Shown here: piece after piece, positions 1 to 7,516 of the stretch | Layout of the letters: every line of letters starts with the position of its first letter | How positions within the stretch are numbered: the first letter of the stretch is position 1 | IMG/VR virus record: IMGVR_UViG_3300045988_113959 | Location: 1 to 64,000 of that record | Direction: 5' to 3' (one strand) | Source of the DNA: a virus | Length of the DNA stretch: 64,000 nucleotides | Notes under the pieces: model-generated | Told to the model about the DNA's origin: nothing | The model's input: only the letters and a program-made list of their open reading frames with translations | Database searches by the model: none | Position numbers and translations under genes: made by a program

Positions 1-26
1 TGGTGTACTACTCAAATAGTACACCA
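1..26 (-). terminator. stem-loop (tggtgtacta / tagtacacca) just downstream of the leftward gene ending at 34
   Basis: Perfect 10-bp inverted repeat with a 6-nt loop, read directly. It lies 8 nt past the TAA of the (-) ORF. Flanking sequence beyond the window edge is not visible. Confidence 0.3.
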
Positions 27-33
27 TACCCCA

Positions 34-525
34 TTAATCTTCGTCGCCTTCGTCGTCATTATTCGCTTTTACGTTTTGCAACTTTTCTAATTCTTTTTCA
101 TCAAGCGGTTTATACCGCTTTTTAGCAATTGCCGATATAACAGACTGTTTTGCAACTGCAAAGCTACTTTCTTTATCTGTTAGAGATAAAACTCTGCGTG
201 TAGACATTGTTTGCTTTGTGCTTACAATTAGCACAGAATCACAAAGCCCGTCCGTTAGTTCTTTAATAGAAAAATCATAGAATTTGAAATTATCTAAATT
301 TTCTTCCACCAAATTTTTAAACTTTTTAAAAAAGTTATCTAAATCGGCTTCCTCATCGTCCCACTCTTTTTGTGGAATTATTAACGATAAATCGAAAACG
401 GCAACGTATGAGTTGTTATACCCAAACATTGCCCCCAAAAGTGGGTTATTGTTTCGTTGCATACGAACAACAATAAACGGCTTTTTCTTAGAGAATCCTT
501 TTGATTTTTTAATACTTACATTCAT
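34..525 (-). CDS. hypothetical protein with acidic C-terminal tail (...NDDEGDED)
   Basis: ORF 34..768 (-) with TAA at 34-36. I place the start at ATG 525-523 (MNVSIKKSKGF...) because the upstream 81 codons are F/C/L/Y-rich and look non-coding. The start is uncertain. Confidence 0.45.
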   Translation of the reverse strand: MNVSIKKSKGFSKKKPFIVVRMQRNNNPLLGAMFGYNNSYVAVFDLSLIIPQKEWDDEEADLDNFFKKFKNLVEENLDNFKFYDFSIKELTDGLCDSVLIVSTKQTMSTRRVLSLTDKESSFAVAKQSVISAIAKKRYKPLDEKELEKLQNVKANNDDEGDED

Positions 526-768
526 AATACATAATACCCATTTACATTTATACGCAACGTGCATACAAACTGGTAGGGGGTCTTTCCTACCAATAGATGA
601 TATAGGGGTCTGATTTATTGCTGTTTCGAGTTTCTGTATATGTAAAATAAAAAATAAAATTTCCGTATTTTTACATGCATAACACAATTTGTAAAATAAA
701 AATTTTTCTTCCGCATTTATATATACACAACTCACACAGAAAAATAAAAAATAAAAATTTTTATTCAA

Positions 769-1347
769 CCCATATACATAACATTCGATTTAAGCCTATT
801 TCCTTGCGTTTTAAGAGGACTTCTCTATCTTTGTGGGTGTTTATATACCTAGTGTGATTATAAGGGCTTAGAGAGGCTTATATTGAATATTACGTATATC
901 TAGTCATAAATACAGCTTATCTTATCATCTATCCTGTAAAACCCTATTTAATTGCGTTCTAACGGCCTATAATTAATCCTGTGGGTAAGTTATCCATAAG
1001 ATGGATTATAACGCGTTAGAATGGCTTAAAATGCGTTATACGGCATATTGTAGATATTTGTATAGTGTTAGGCCAATATACAGCCTGTACAGTTGTACGA
1101 TTAAACTTCCTGCCAATCAGAGGGCTCGCCATGATTGTTGCGAGCCAATACATGCTGTCCAATAGAGAAAAAAGAAGTAGCAAGAATAAAAGAGATTAGA
1201 ACCGAGTAATATAGATATATAGACTATATAACTTAGTATATATATATAAACTATATATACTATCTACACCCCCCCCTCCTAAAAAGAAATATATAAAGAA
1301 AGAAAAGGGTTCCCCCCCTTATAGGCATAAAAATACCCGAAATGAAC
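769..1347. promoter_or_regulatory. long non-coding region between co-directional (-) genes; candidate origin or regulatory region
   Basis: No convincing ORF in any frame, even with TAG read through. Contains DnaA-box-like 9-mers (980-988, 990-998), four CCAAT-containing repeats (1071-1165), three GCGTTnTAnnnGGC motifs (954-1044), an AT-rich TATA-repeat block (1209-1262) and two C7-C8 tracts (1268-1276, 1312-1318). Confidence 0.4.
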
Positions 1348-1632
1348 TTAATCACCTCGGGTTATTAATAACTTGTATATATCGGCTATTATGCCTGTTT
1401 TATCATCTAATTCTCCCATTAGGGCTTTATCACTCATTCGCATAGCTGTCTGTATTGGGCATAATGCGACTTTGTAAAACTATCCTCTACAGCTACACTG
1501 TATATACAACCAATCTTCATCTACACATAGCTCTGTATATAGTCCATTTTCCTTGTGGTATTTGTTTAAGTACTCATGTATTACCTAAAGCTACTTTTTT
1601 AATTTAGATATATAGTAATTTTTATCACTCAT
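1348..1632 (-). CDS. hypothetical 94-aa protein (3 in-frame TAG; absent from the ORF track)
   Basis: ATG at 1632-1630 directly abuts the TAA (1635-1633) of the upstream gene. The frame is open to TAA 1350-1348 apart from 3 TAGs. Translation is MSDKNYYISKLKK-Q-L-Q-VIHEYLNKYHKENGLYTELCVDEDWLYIQCSCRG-Q-FYKVAL... Confidence 0.6.
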
Positions 1633-1899
1633 TTAGTCTTTTAACTGTAATTTTTGTATTATGAATCTCATCGTATTATTCCTCTCTTCTGAGTATAGAG
1701 TTACAGTGTAGTTATCCCTACTTGTAATGTCGTAACCTCTTATATCTTCAAGGTCATAAAATGTACCCTGCTTTACATCGTTAGCATACTCATTCATACA
1801 TTTAAATGCGCTATCATATGTTTTGTAAGCTGCAATTGGGATTAAATCAGTGTAGTAGTCATTACCTAGGAACTCATACGATACTAAAAATATATCCAT
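1633..1899 (-). CDS. hypothetical protein (88 aa)
   Basis: Uninterrupted ORF with a TAA stop, packed 5 nt after the upstream gene. Confidence 0.6.
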   Translation of the reverse strand: MDIFLVSYEFLGNDYYTDLIPIAAYKTYDSAFKCMNEYANDVKQGTFYDLEDIRGYDITSRDNYTVTLYSEERNNTMRFIIQKLQLKD

Positions 1900-1904
1900 A
1901 CAAA

Positions 1905-2270
1905 TTACTTCTTTAACGTATCTTTTATCTCATTAATTTCTTTAGTACACTGCTTTATGTTTTTCCTATTACTAATGCAGAAACTTGTAGCTGTTAGTAA
2001 TGCTATTATATAATTCTTAAATACTAAGTGTGTACCTAAAATAGCGTATGCTATAGAGTTCAATGTATCTGTATTATACGACTCTATTGAACACTTATAC
2101 AATACTCCTGCTGCTACAAGTGTCATGAATCTACCTAATAGTTTATATGTGCTATATTTACCTTTTACAAAGATTTCTTTCAATAGCTCTATTTGCTTGT
2201 CATTTAGCTTGTTAGCTGCCCCTATTATGTTAATTACGTTCATATCTTTAAATCGTTTTATATATTCCAA
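1905..2270 (-). CDS. hypothetical protein (121 aa)
   Basis: Uninterrupted ORF with a TAA stop. It overlaps the upstream gene by 23 nt. Confidence 0.6.
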   Translation of the reverse strand: MEYIKRFKDMNVINIIGAANKLNDKQIELLKEIFVKGKYSTYKLLGRFMTLVAAGVLYKCSIESYNTDTLNSIAYAILGTHLVFKNYIIALLTATSFCISNRKNIKQCTKEINEIKDTLKK

Positions 2271-2511
2271 AAATTAATAATGCCTGTATAATTTGTCCAA
2301 GTATACCACCTATTACAGTGGCTGTTACATCTAACCAGTCAAATATATTACTGTATTGTTTATCTTTATATTCCGCAGCTAATCCAGCTCCTATTGCAGC
2401 AAATACTGTTCCGCACAAGCCAGCATAGAAGCCATATTTTATATGCTTTAGCCTATCACTCTCTACAATCCAATGAAACGGACGCATTATAGATTTAATT
2501 ATTCTTTTCAT
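2248..2511 (-). CDS. small putative membrane protein (87 aa)
   Basis: Two hydrophobic stretches (GFYAGLCGTVFAAIGAGLAA; VIGGILGQIIQALLIFGI). TAA stop. Confidence 0.55.
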   Translation of the reverse strand: MKRIIKSIMRPFHWIVESDRLKHIKYGFYAGLCGTVFAAIGAGLAAEYKDKQYSNIFDWLDVTATVIGGILGQIIQALLIFGIYKTI

Positions 2512-2854
2512 GTTTATCTGCTTTATAACAATTAAGACTACTATTTGTTTCGTTGATTAAAACTTTTAATATCTTGTCAATGTAATCAATTAATTCTTCC
2601 TTTGAAAATATCATACAATGTACTGAATTTATCATCATACTACTGTAAGCATCATTGTATGTTTGACACTTTATTGTGATGAATTGACTTGTTGGAGTTA
2701 TAGAGAACACATGGTCTCTACAACAACTGTTAGCAATTCTAACTTGATTAATTATTACATTTTCTACCATATACTCTTTGTTAGTACAGTGTACGTAACA
2801 AGAAAACTTATCTTTAACAAATAAATGCTTTATTGTTTTAAATAACTTTTTCAT
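2495..2854 (-). CDS. hypothetical protein (119 aa)
   Basis: The start ATG overlaps the ThyX TGA in an ATGA junction at 2851-2854. TAA stop. Confidence 0.55.
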   Translation of the reverse strand: MKKLFKTIKHLFVKDKFSCYVHCTNKEYMVENVIINQVRIANSCCRDHVFSITPTSQFITIKCQTYNDAYSSMMINSVHCMIFSKEELIDYIDKILKVLINETNSSLNCYKADKHEKNN

Positions 2855-3657
2855 AGTTGTTCTTTTATCTTTTCTGCTATGTATTTTGCATCTGGGTGGG
2901 CGTGTTCTGATATTCTTAGTTTAAAGAAGTTATTCCACTGCTCTGTAGTTCCTGTCATGATTAGCTCTGTCTTAAGCTGTAATGGAAGAACATCTCTAGC
3001 ATCTTCGGGTTTTATACCGTCTTTAATAAGCTCCATATAGTCCTTTTCGGCATTGCTCCAAGCTCTTACAAATACATAATTATTAGCATCAAAATTATCC
3101 CAATTTATAGGCTCTACGACTGTTATTTCATTACCAAATTTACCATCATTATAGTTACAATATCTTGTAGATTCCATAAGGAATGAAAATACTCTATGTC
3201 TTACAAAAGAATCAGCTTGAACCCTAGCACATGTAAGTCTAAATGTAGTTCTAAGTTCGTGATACTCAGTGGGTTGGCAGATATATTTCAAGTCATTAAG
3301 TAGGTTGTTTTCAACTAAAACTCTATAGTTTGTAGTTATAGCCCACCAGTTGTTACTTTTATCAGATTCTGTAACTAATTTGCATCTCGTATATTGGTTA
3401 TCTATATAATTACCAGCTACATCTATATTAATAGGAACATTAAGATATACTGTACCGTGTTCTAGTGGGGAGCCATGACCTAGTTTAATCATCTTATCTA
3501 CAAATTCTTTAGCTGTTTTAGACCTACCATTTTCATCATACTCTATTTTATCCAATGACTTATATGCTGTACGTCCGGCTATCTCTATTTGCTCGTAAAC
3601 GCCTAACAAATCATGCTTTTGCTCTAGTTTTTCTACTTTGTTTTTTATTAATCTCAT
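2851..3657 (-). CDS. thyX: flavin-dependent thymidylate synthase ThyX
   Basis: Exact ThyX signature RHRxxSxxxxSxR (RHRVFSFLMESTR), 268 aa, no in-frame TAG, TGA stop. Confidence 0.9.
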   Translation of the reverse strand: MRLIKNKVEKLEQKHDLLGVYEQIEIAGRTAYKSLDKIEYDENGRSKTAKEFVDKMIKLGHGSPLEHGTVYLNVPINIDVAGNYIDNQYTRCKLVTESDKSNNWWAITTNYRVLVENNLLNDLKYICQPTEYHELRTTFRLTCARVQADSFVRHRVFSFLMESTRYCNYNDGKFGNEITVVEPINWDNFDANNYVFVRAWSNAEKDYMELIKDGIKPEDARDVLPLQLKTELIMTGTTEQWNNFFKLRISEHAHPDAKYIAEKIKEQL

Positions 3658-3835
3658 AACGCTCTTTTGCTTGTTTATATATCATGTATTGCTCGCCTCT
3701 TAGCTTAATTATTTCCTGAGCTTCTTCTGTTGTACAAGGAACCCAATCTTTTTCAGGCTCCTTGTATGCGGCATATATTACCTCTACGGCATCAGTAAAC
3801 TTTAGATAATAGTTCTATACTTCTTTCTTCTGCAT
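3611..3835 (-). CDS. hypothetical 74-aa protein (1 in-frame TAG; absent from the ORF track)
   Basis: ATG at 3835-3833 lies 2 nt after the upstream TAA. It fills the otherwise empty 3658-3837 gap and ends at TGA 3613-3611, inside the ThyX 5' end. Translation is MQKKEV-Q-NYYLKFTDAVEVIYAAYKEPEKDW... Confidence 0.45.
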
Positions 3836-3837
3836 AG

Positions 3838-4359
3838 TTAATTCTCCTTGTATTCAACGTACTCCTCTTTATTGTCGTTCACGTCGTACGACTTAGATTG
3901 GATAACTTCTTGTTCGTCGAGGTTGGGTTTAATGGACTCGTCACAAGCTTCCCGTTCTTTATTATTCCCAGACTCTCTAGATATTTGTATGTCTTCTGGT
4001 TTAATATCAGTATTGGTTTCTGAGGTTTTTGGTTGTTCCATTCCTTCAACCCCGTCCGTAAGAGCTCTTCTAACTCCTTCTTTGTCCACACGTAATCTGT
4101 CATTTAAATCTCTTATAAAGTTTTCTTTTTCTTTATTATACTTAGGATTATTATACATTTGCATTAGTACATATGACGCATTGTTGAATCCAACTGGGTC
4201 TTTTATATTACCGTTTTCATCTTTCTCTGTACCAAGTTTATCAACCAAATCTTGAACTTCTTTTAGTGTATATTTTTCTAAAACACCTTTACTGTTACAT
4301 CTTTTCAACAGTACTCCGTTTCTATCATAAAGATTACCGTACTTACCTACTTTCCCCAT
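3838..4359 (-). CDS. hypothetical protein (173 aa)
   Basis: Uninterrupted ORF with a TAA stop and a charged C-terminal half. Confidence 0.6.
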   Translation of the reverse strand: MGKVGKYGNLYDRNGVLLKRCNSKGVLEKYTLKEVQDLVDKLGTEKDENGNIKDPVGFNNASYVLMQMYNNPKYNKEKENFIRDLNDRLRVDKEGVRRALTDGVEGMEQPKTSETNTDIKPEDIQISRESGNNKEREACDESIKPNLDEQEVIQSKSYDVNDNKEEYVEYKEN

Positions 4360-4624
4360 TTTTATTAATATAAATTAAAGTCATTATTGCATAATTGGCT
4401 AGGTCTTTTAAAGAATCCTCTATAGATTCATTAACTTTGTTCTCTTTCTTTGTTATCAAACTGTTTATACGTTCAACTTTATTGTTGAGTGGTATAGCAG
4501 CTGCTAATAAACCAAACTTGTCACATAGAGTTTCAAAACTACTGCCATAGTCGTGATTCTTCTTTTTGTAAGTCTCAAGCATTTCTTCAACAATACTCTT
4601 AAATAATTCTACGTTATCAGTCAT
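4343..4624 (-). CDS. DUF1599-like small protein (nucleotide-metabolism neighbourhood)
   Basis: KKNHDYGSSF ... ESIEDSLKDLANYA resembles, from memory, the DUF1599 pattern often found near thymidylate and folate genes. Not verified by search. Confidence 0.5.
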   Translation of the reverse strand: MTDNVELFKSIVEEMLETYKKKNHDYGSSFETLCDKFGLLAAAIPLNNKVERINSLITKKENKVNESIEDSLKDLANYAIMTLIYINKNGESR

Positions 4625-4662
4625 TTGAGTAGTATTTATTTCTTAGTCTATTTAATTGTTCT

Positions 4663-5166
4663 TTACGAATTAGCTTCAGGGCTTTTATAAATGATTCGTT
4701 TACCGCGGCTTCTTTCAAAGTGAGCAACGTACCTTGAGCATTCTTGTTCTTTTTCTATTCCGTCTTCGTCTAAGACGAACTGGATGTATTTTTGTTTGTC
4801 ATGCCATTTATAATATCTTGAAAACGCGTTCTTTCTATCTATACTTGTACTGTATCTATGTATACACTTTAGCATTTGTTTAGCATTAACAGTTCCGCAA
4901 AACTTTAATTCTGATATATTTTCAATAAAAGACATAACTCCAGATTCTCCAAACTTATTCTTTAGCTAATTATATTCTTCTACAGATTGTTTATAGAATA
5001 CATTATCCGTAGAATAGAATGGACTTAAGTCTACTATAAACGATGCATTTAACGGAGCGTCGTGTATAAAGTAATACTTACAATTATCAGTTACTGGTTT
5101 ACTTGTAGCCTTAAGTGATAGATAATCTGCGTAGTATAATATTGCACTTATCTCTGCGTTATTCAT
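4663..5166 (-). CDS. hypothetical 167-aa protein formed by joining ORFs 4966..5166 and 4663..4935 across one TAG
   Basis: The two track ORFs share a frame and are separated only by TAG (4968-4966) plus 10 sense codons. The start overlaps the upstream TAA (TAATG at 5164-5168). The N-terminus (ISAILYYADYLSLK...YYFIHDAP) weakly resembles DUF4065/Panacea-type domains. Confidence 0.6.
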
Positions 5167-5573
5167 TATGATTTATTTTTAAAGTATGTTTTATAGATAT
5201 TACCTACAATCCAACCCATATAGTAAGCTGCTGGTTCTTGATAATCTAAAGATATATTTTCATTCATCTTACTGTATGTATCTAGTAATACATGTGTAGC
5301 TTCATGGGTTATAGTATTAAGTAAGTCTATATCTCTTTCTTTCTTAGTCTTACCTTCTATATTTAATATTCTAACAAGAGCTGTAGGTGTATAATCTTTA
5401 CGAGATAGTAGATTAATAGTATATCCTCTACAATCACCATTTAAATCATTATCAGTTAACTCTTCTTTAGATAGCTTTACAAATAATTTCTTTATATCAT
5501 TATTACTACACTTACTATTACATACAGCTAAATCTAAACCATACATAGTTGGATATATGTCTATATTATTCAT
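5166..5573 (-). CDS. small HExxH (zincin-like) protein
   Basis: ITHEATHVLLD contains HExxH. 135 aa, TAA stop. First gene of the leftward block. Confidence 0.6.
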   Translation of the reverse strand: MNNIDIYPTMYGLDLAVCNSKCSNNDIKKLFVKLSKEELTDNDLNGDCRGYTINLLSRKDYTPTALVRILNIEGKTKKERDIDLLNTITHEATHVLLDTYSKMNENISLDYQEPAAYYMGWIVGNIYKTYFKNKS

Positions 5574-5776
5574 AGTGTATATTATATATTATATTTATAT
5601 TATAGAGATTATATATACATACAAAACTATACAGTTTAATTATATTATTAACCCCCTATAATCCCCCTAACGATTTTATAATTCCAAAAGTTGCAAATAA
5701 TGAATATTTTTACAGTTTTGCAACCGATATTGTGTACGTATACGTTACGGGGACAAATTCAAAAAAAATAAAAAGC
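5574..5776. promoter_or_regulatory. divergent intergenic region
   Basis: Lies between the first leftward and first rightward genes. Contains tandem CCCCCTA motifs (5652-5658, 5663-5669) and an 8-bp inverted repeat gttgcaaa/tttgcaac (5690-5697 / 5717-5724). Confidence 0.4.
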
Positions 5777-6178
5777 ATGATGAATAAATTGAAAGTTGTT
5801 GACCAATTTTATAATCTTGAAGTTGGTGATGTTTTAACACTATCAGATGATAAGAACTTTTATGAATATAGAGTATCTGAAGGTTCATCTGATAAAGATT
5901 CAAAGTTTACGTTTAATGCTTCATTTAAGATTGATTCAAATTACGCTAAAGAACTTATCAATCAAGGATACTTAGAAGAAGTTGTTGAAAAGCAACAAAC
6001 TTCAGAGTTTAAGAATGTATTTACAGAAATAGATAATCTACTCTCTATATACAATTCGGAACTTAAATCTTTAGATGTTGAATTTGCTGATAAACCAACA
6101 TGTCTTAAAGTTGAAAAGAATACAGTATTAAACAACTTAATTAAAGTTTTAGAACATCTTAAAAATCTAAAGAAGTAA
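5777..6178 (+). CDS. hypothetical protein (133 aa)
   Basis: First ATG of track ORF 5732..6178. TAA stop overlapping the next ATG (TAATG). Confidence 0.6.
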   Translation: MMNKLKVVDQFYNLEVGDVLTLSDDKNFYEYRVSEGSSDKDSKFTFNASFKIDSNYAKELINQGYLEEVVEKQQTSEFKNVFTEIDNLLSIYNSELKSLDVEFADKPTCLKVEKNTVLNNLIKVLEHLKNLKK

Positions 6179-6585
6179 TGGAAGATAACAAAATTATAGA
6201 CCAGTCACAGCTTGCTGAAAGTGTAGCAGAAAAGATACAGTATGATTTTACAGATACATTCTTGGTAAAGTTGTTGGACGTCACAAAAGTTAAGAAAGAA
6301 TTTAGTAAACCAGTTTCAGACACTGCTAAAGCTTCAAAAGATAAAAACGGAGTTGAGGCTGTTGATTATGAAAAAGTTGAAACTGAGGTTAAAGAAGTTG
6401 AGTCTGATTTTCGTAAAGCTGTAGTAATTAAACTACCTGTTTCATACAACAATATGAAAGACCGTCCATACGATGTAAATGTTGGTGATGTTGTTTTGAT
6501 TAGAGAAGGAAGAGGCATATACTTTGATTTACTTAAAGATAGTAAGTTGATTTATTACTACGATATTGTTGCTATTTGCAAATGA
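6178..6585 (+). CDS. hypothetical protein, possibly Cpn10/GroES-like
   Basis: The C-terminal pattern KAVVIKLP...VNVGDVVLIREGRGIYFDLL...YYYDIVAI resembles the GroES beta-barrel pattern. Weak call made by eye only. Confidence 0.5.
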   Translation: MEDNKIIDQSQLAESVAEKIQYDFTDTFLVKLLDVTKVKKEFSKPVSDTAKASKDKNGVEAVDYEKVETEVKEVESDFRKAVVIKLPVSYNNMKDRPYDVNVGDVVLIREGRGIYFDLLKDSKLIYYYDIVAICK

Positions 6586-6797
6586 TAAACATAGATACAA
6601 TATCAAAAGAAATAGCTTAGAAGACAGGATATGATGTTGATGTAGTAAAGAAGGTTTGTTAGCACGTATATATAAAGACTATGAAAATAATGAAGTCTGA
6701 TACTGATACAAGAGATATTCTTTTCAACGGATTATTTAAGTTTAAGCTTAAGCGAAGATATAAAGAAGATAAGACGTTAAAATACAAAGCAAAATGA
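6582..6797 (+). CDS. small HU/IHF-like protein (2 in-frame TAG; absent from the ORF track)
   Basis: ATGA overlaps at both ends (6582-6585 and 6794-6797). Translation is MINIDTISKEIA-Q-KTGYDVDVVKKVC-Q-HVYIKTMKIM...ILFNGLFKFKLKRR, which resembles the HU N-terminal helices plus the G-F-G-x-F strand. Confidence 0.55.
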
Positions 6798-7111
6798 AAA
6801 AGTATACACAAAAAGATTACATTAAGAACAATATAGATTTGTCTAATATTGAAACATTTGATGATTATATTGTAGCAACAGTTGAAGGAAATGTTAAAAA
6901 TGGCAATCCTGTAGACAAGTGGATGTTTAGACAATATAAATTAATCATAGCTCATAAATCTAATGAAGAGCTCATAAACGACGCCCTTAGTTTTAGTGAT
7001 ACAACCTATAATAAAGGAAGTGAACCTAAAACTGAAACAACAAACGAGACTGTTAAGAAAGATTCTTTCTTTAAGAGAATGTGGAATAATATAACTCGTA
7101 AAAATAAGTAA
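6794..7111 (+). CDS. hypothetical protein (105 aa)
   Basis: Uninterrupted ORF, ATGA-coupled to the upstream gene, TAA stop. Confidence 0.6.
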   Translation: MKKYTQKDYIKNNIDLSNIETFDDYIVATVEGNVKNGNPVDKWMFRQYKLIIAHKSNEELINDALSFSDTTYNKGSEPKTETTNETVKKDSFFKRMWNNITRKNK

Positions 7112-7195
7112 TTTAAACAACAGTTCCTCTGCACTGTAAACAGAGAATATATAAAATTTTAATCATTTTATTTAACCTCTATCAAAGAGGAATAT

Positions 7196-7267
7196 CGCGG
7201 CGTATATCAGAGGTAGATTATTAGGCTCATAACCTAAAGGACGGTGGTTCGATTCCACCCGCCGCAA
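7196..7267 (+). tRNA. tRNA with CAU anticodon (Met; initiator-like C1-A72 mismatch)
   Basis: Hand-folded cloverleaf: acceptor cgcggcg/cgccgca, D arm tatc-agaggta-gatt, anticodon arm ttagg-CTCATAA-cctaa, variable aggac, T arm ggtgg-ttcgatt-ccacc. Confidence 0.8.
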
Positions 7268-7516
7268 CAACAGATTTTCATAATTTTAAATACATAAAAG
7301 TTAATTTATACAATCAATGTATATTAGTATAAAATATAATAAAGATGGTGTAGCATCTATAAAACCTGCACATTTATACTCTACAGTGTATGGGCGCAGT
7401 CAGCATCAATATGCAAGACACGTACGATAATGCGCGTTATATAAATAACGTGGTGTAGTTTTAACTCACTAGAGTATAACATTGCCCTATGGTGTAATGG
7501 TAGCACAAGAGATTCT

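Noticed and set aside
526-768. The upstream 81 codons of track ORF 34-768 as real coding sequence.
   Set aside because: The translation (FYFLFFCVSCVYINAEEKFLFYKLCYACK...) is typical of AT-rich non-coding read-through. The region contains a ggtagg/cctacc hairpin and a CCCCCTA motif, consistent with a 5' leader. I could be wrong about the exact start.
1021-1158. A 45-codon minus-strand ORF (MYWLATIMASPLIGRKF...) inside the non-coding island.
   Set aside because: It is short, has no coupling to neighbours, and overlaps the repeat and palindrome motifs that better explain the local composition. It is left uncalled but is worth a Ribo-seq look.
5711-5720. tacagttttg upstream of gene 5777 as a Bacteroidota -7 box (TAnnTTTG).
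   Set aside because: The spacing is off by one (TA-nnn-TTTTG), so it does not match the consensus. Only the site at 9261-9268 matches exactly.
7464-7475. Small hairpin actc-acta-gagt containing CTA, just upstream of the split tRNA, as a possible suppressor anticodon arm.
   Set aside because: It has only a 4-bp stem and a 4-nt loop. No acceptor, D or T arms can be drawn around it.
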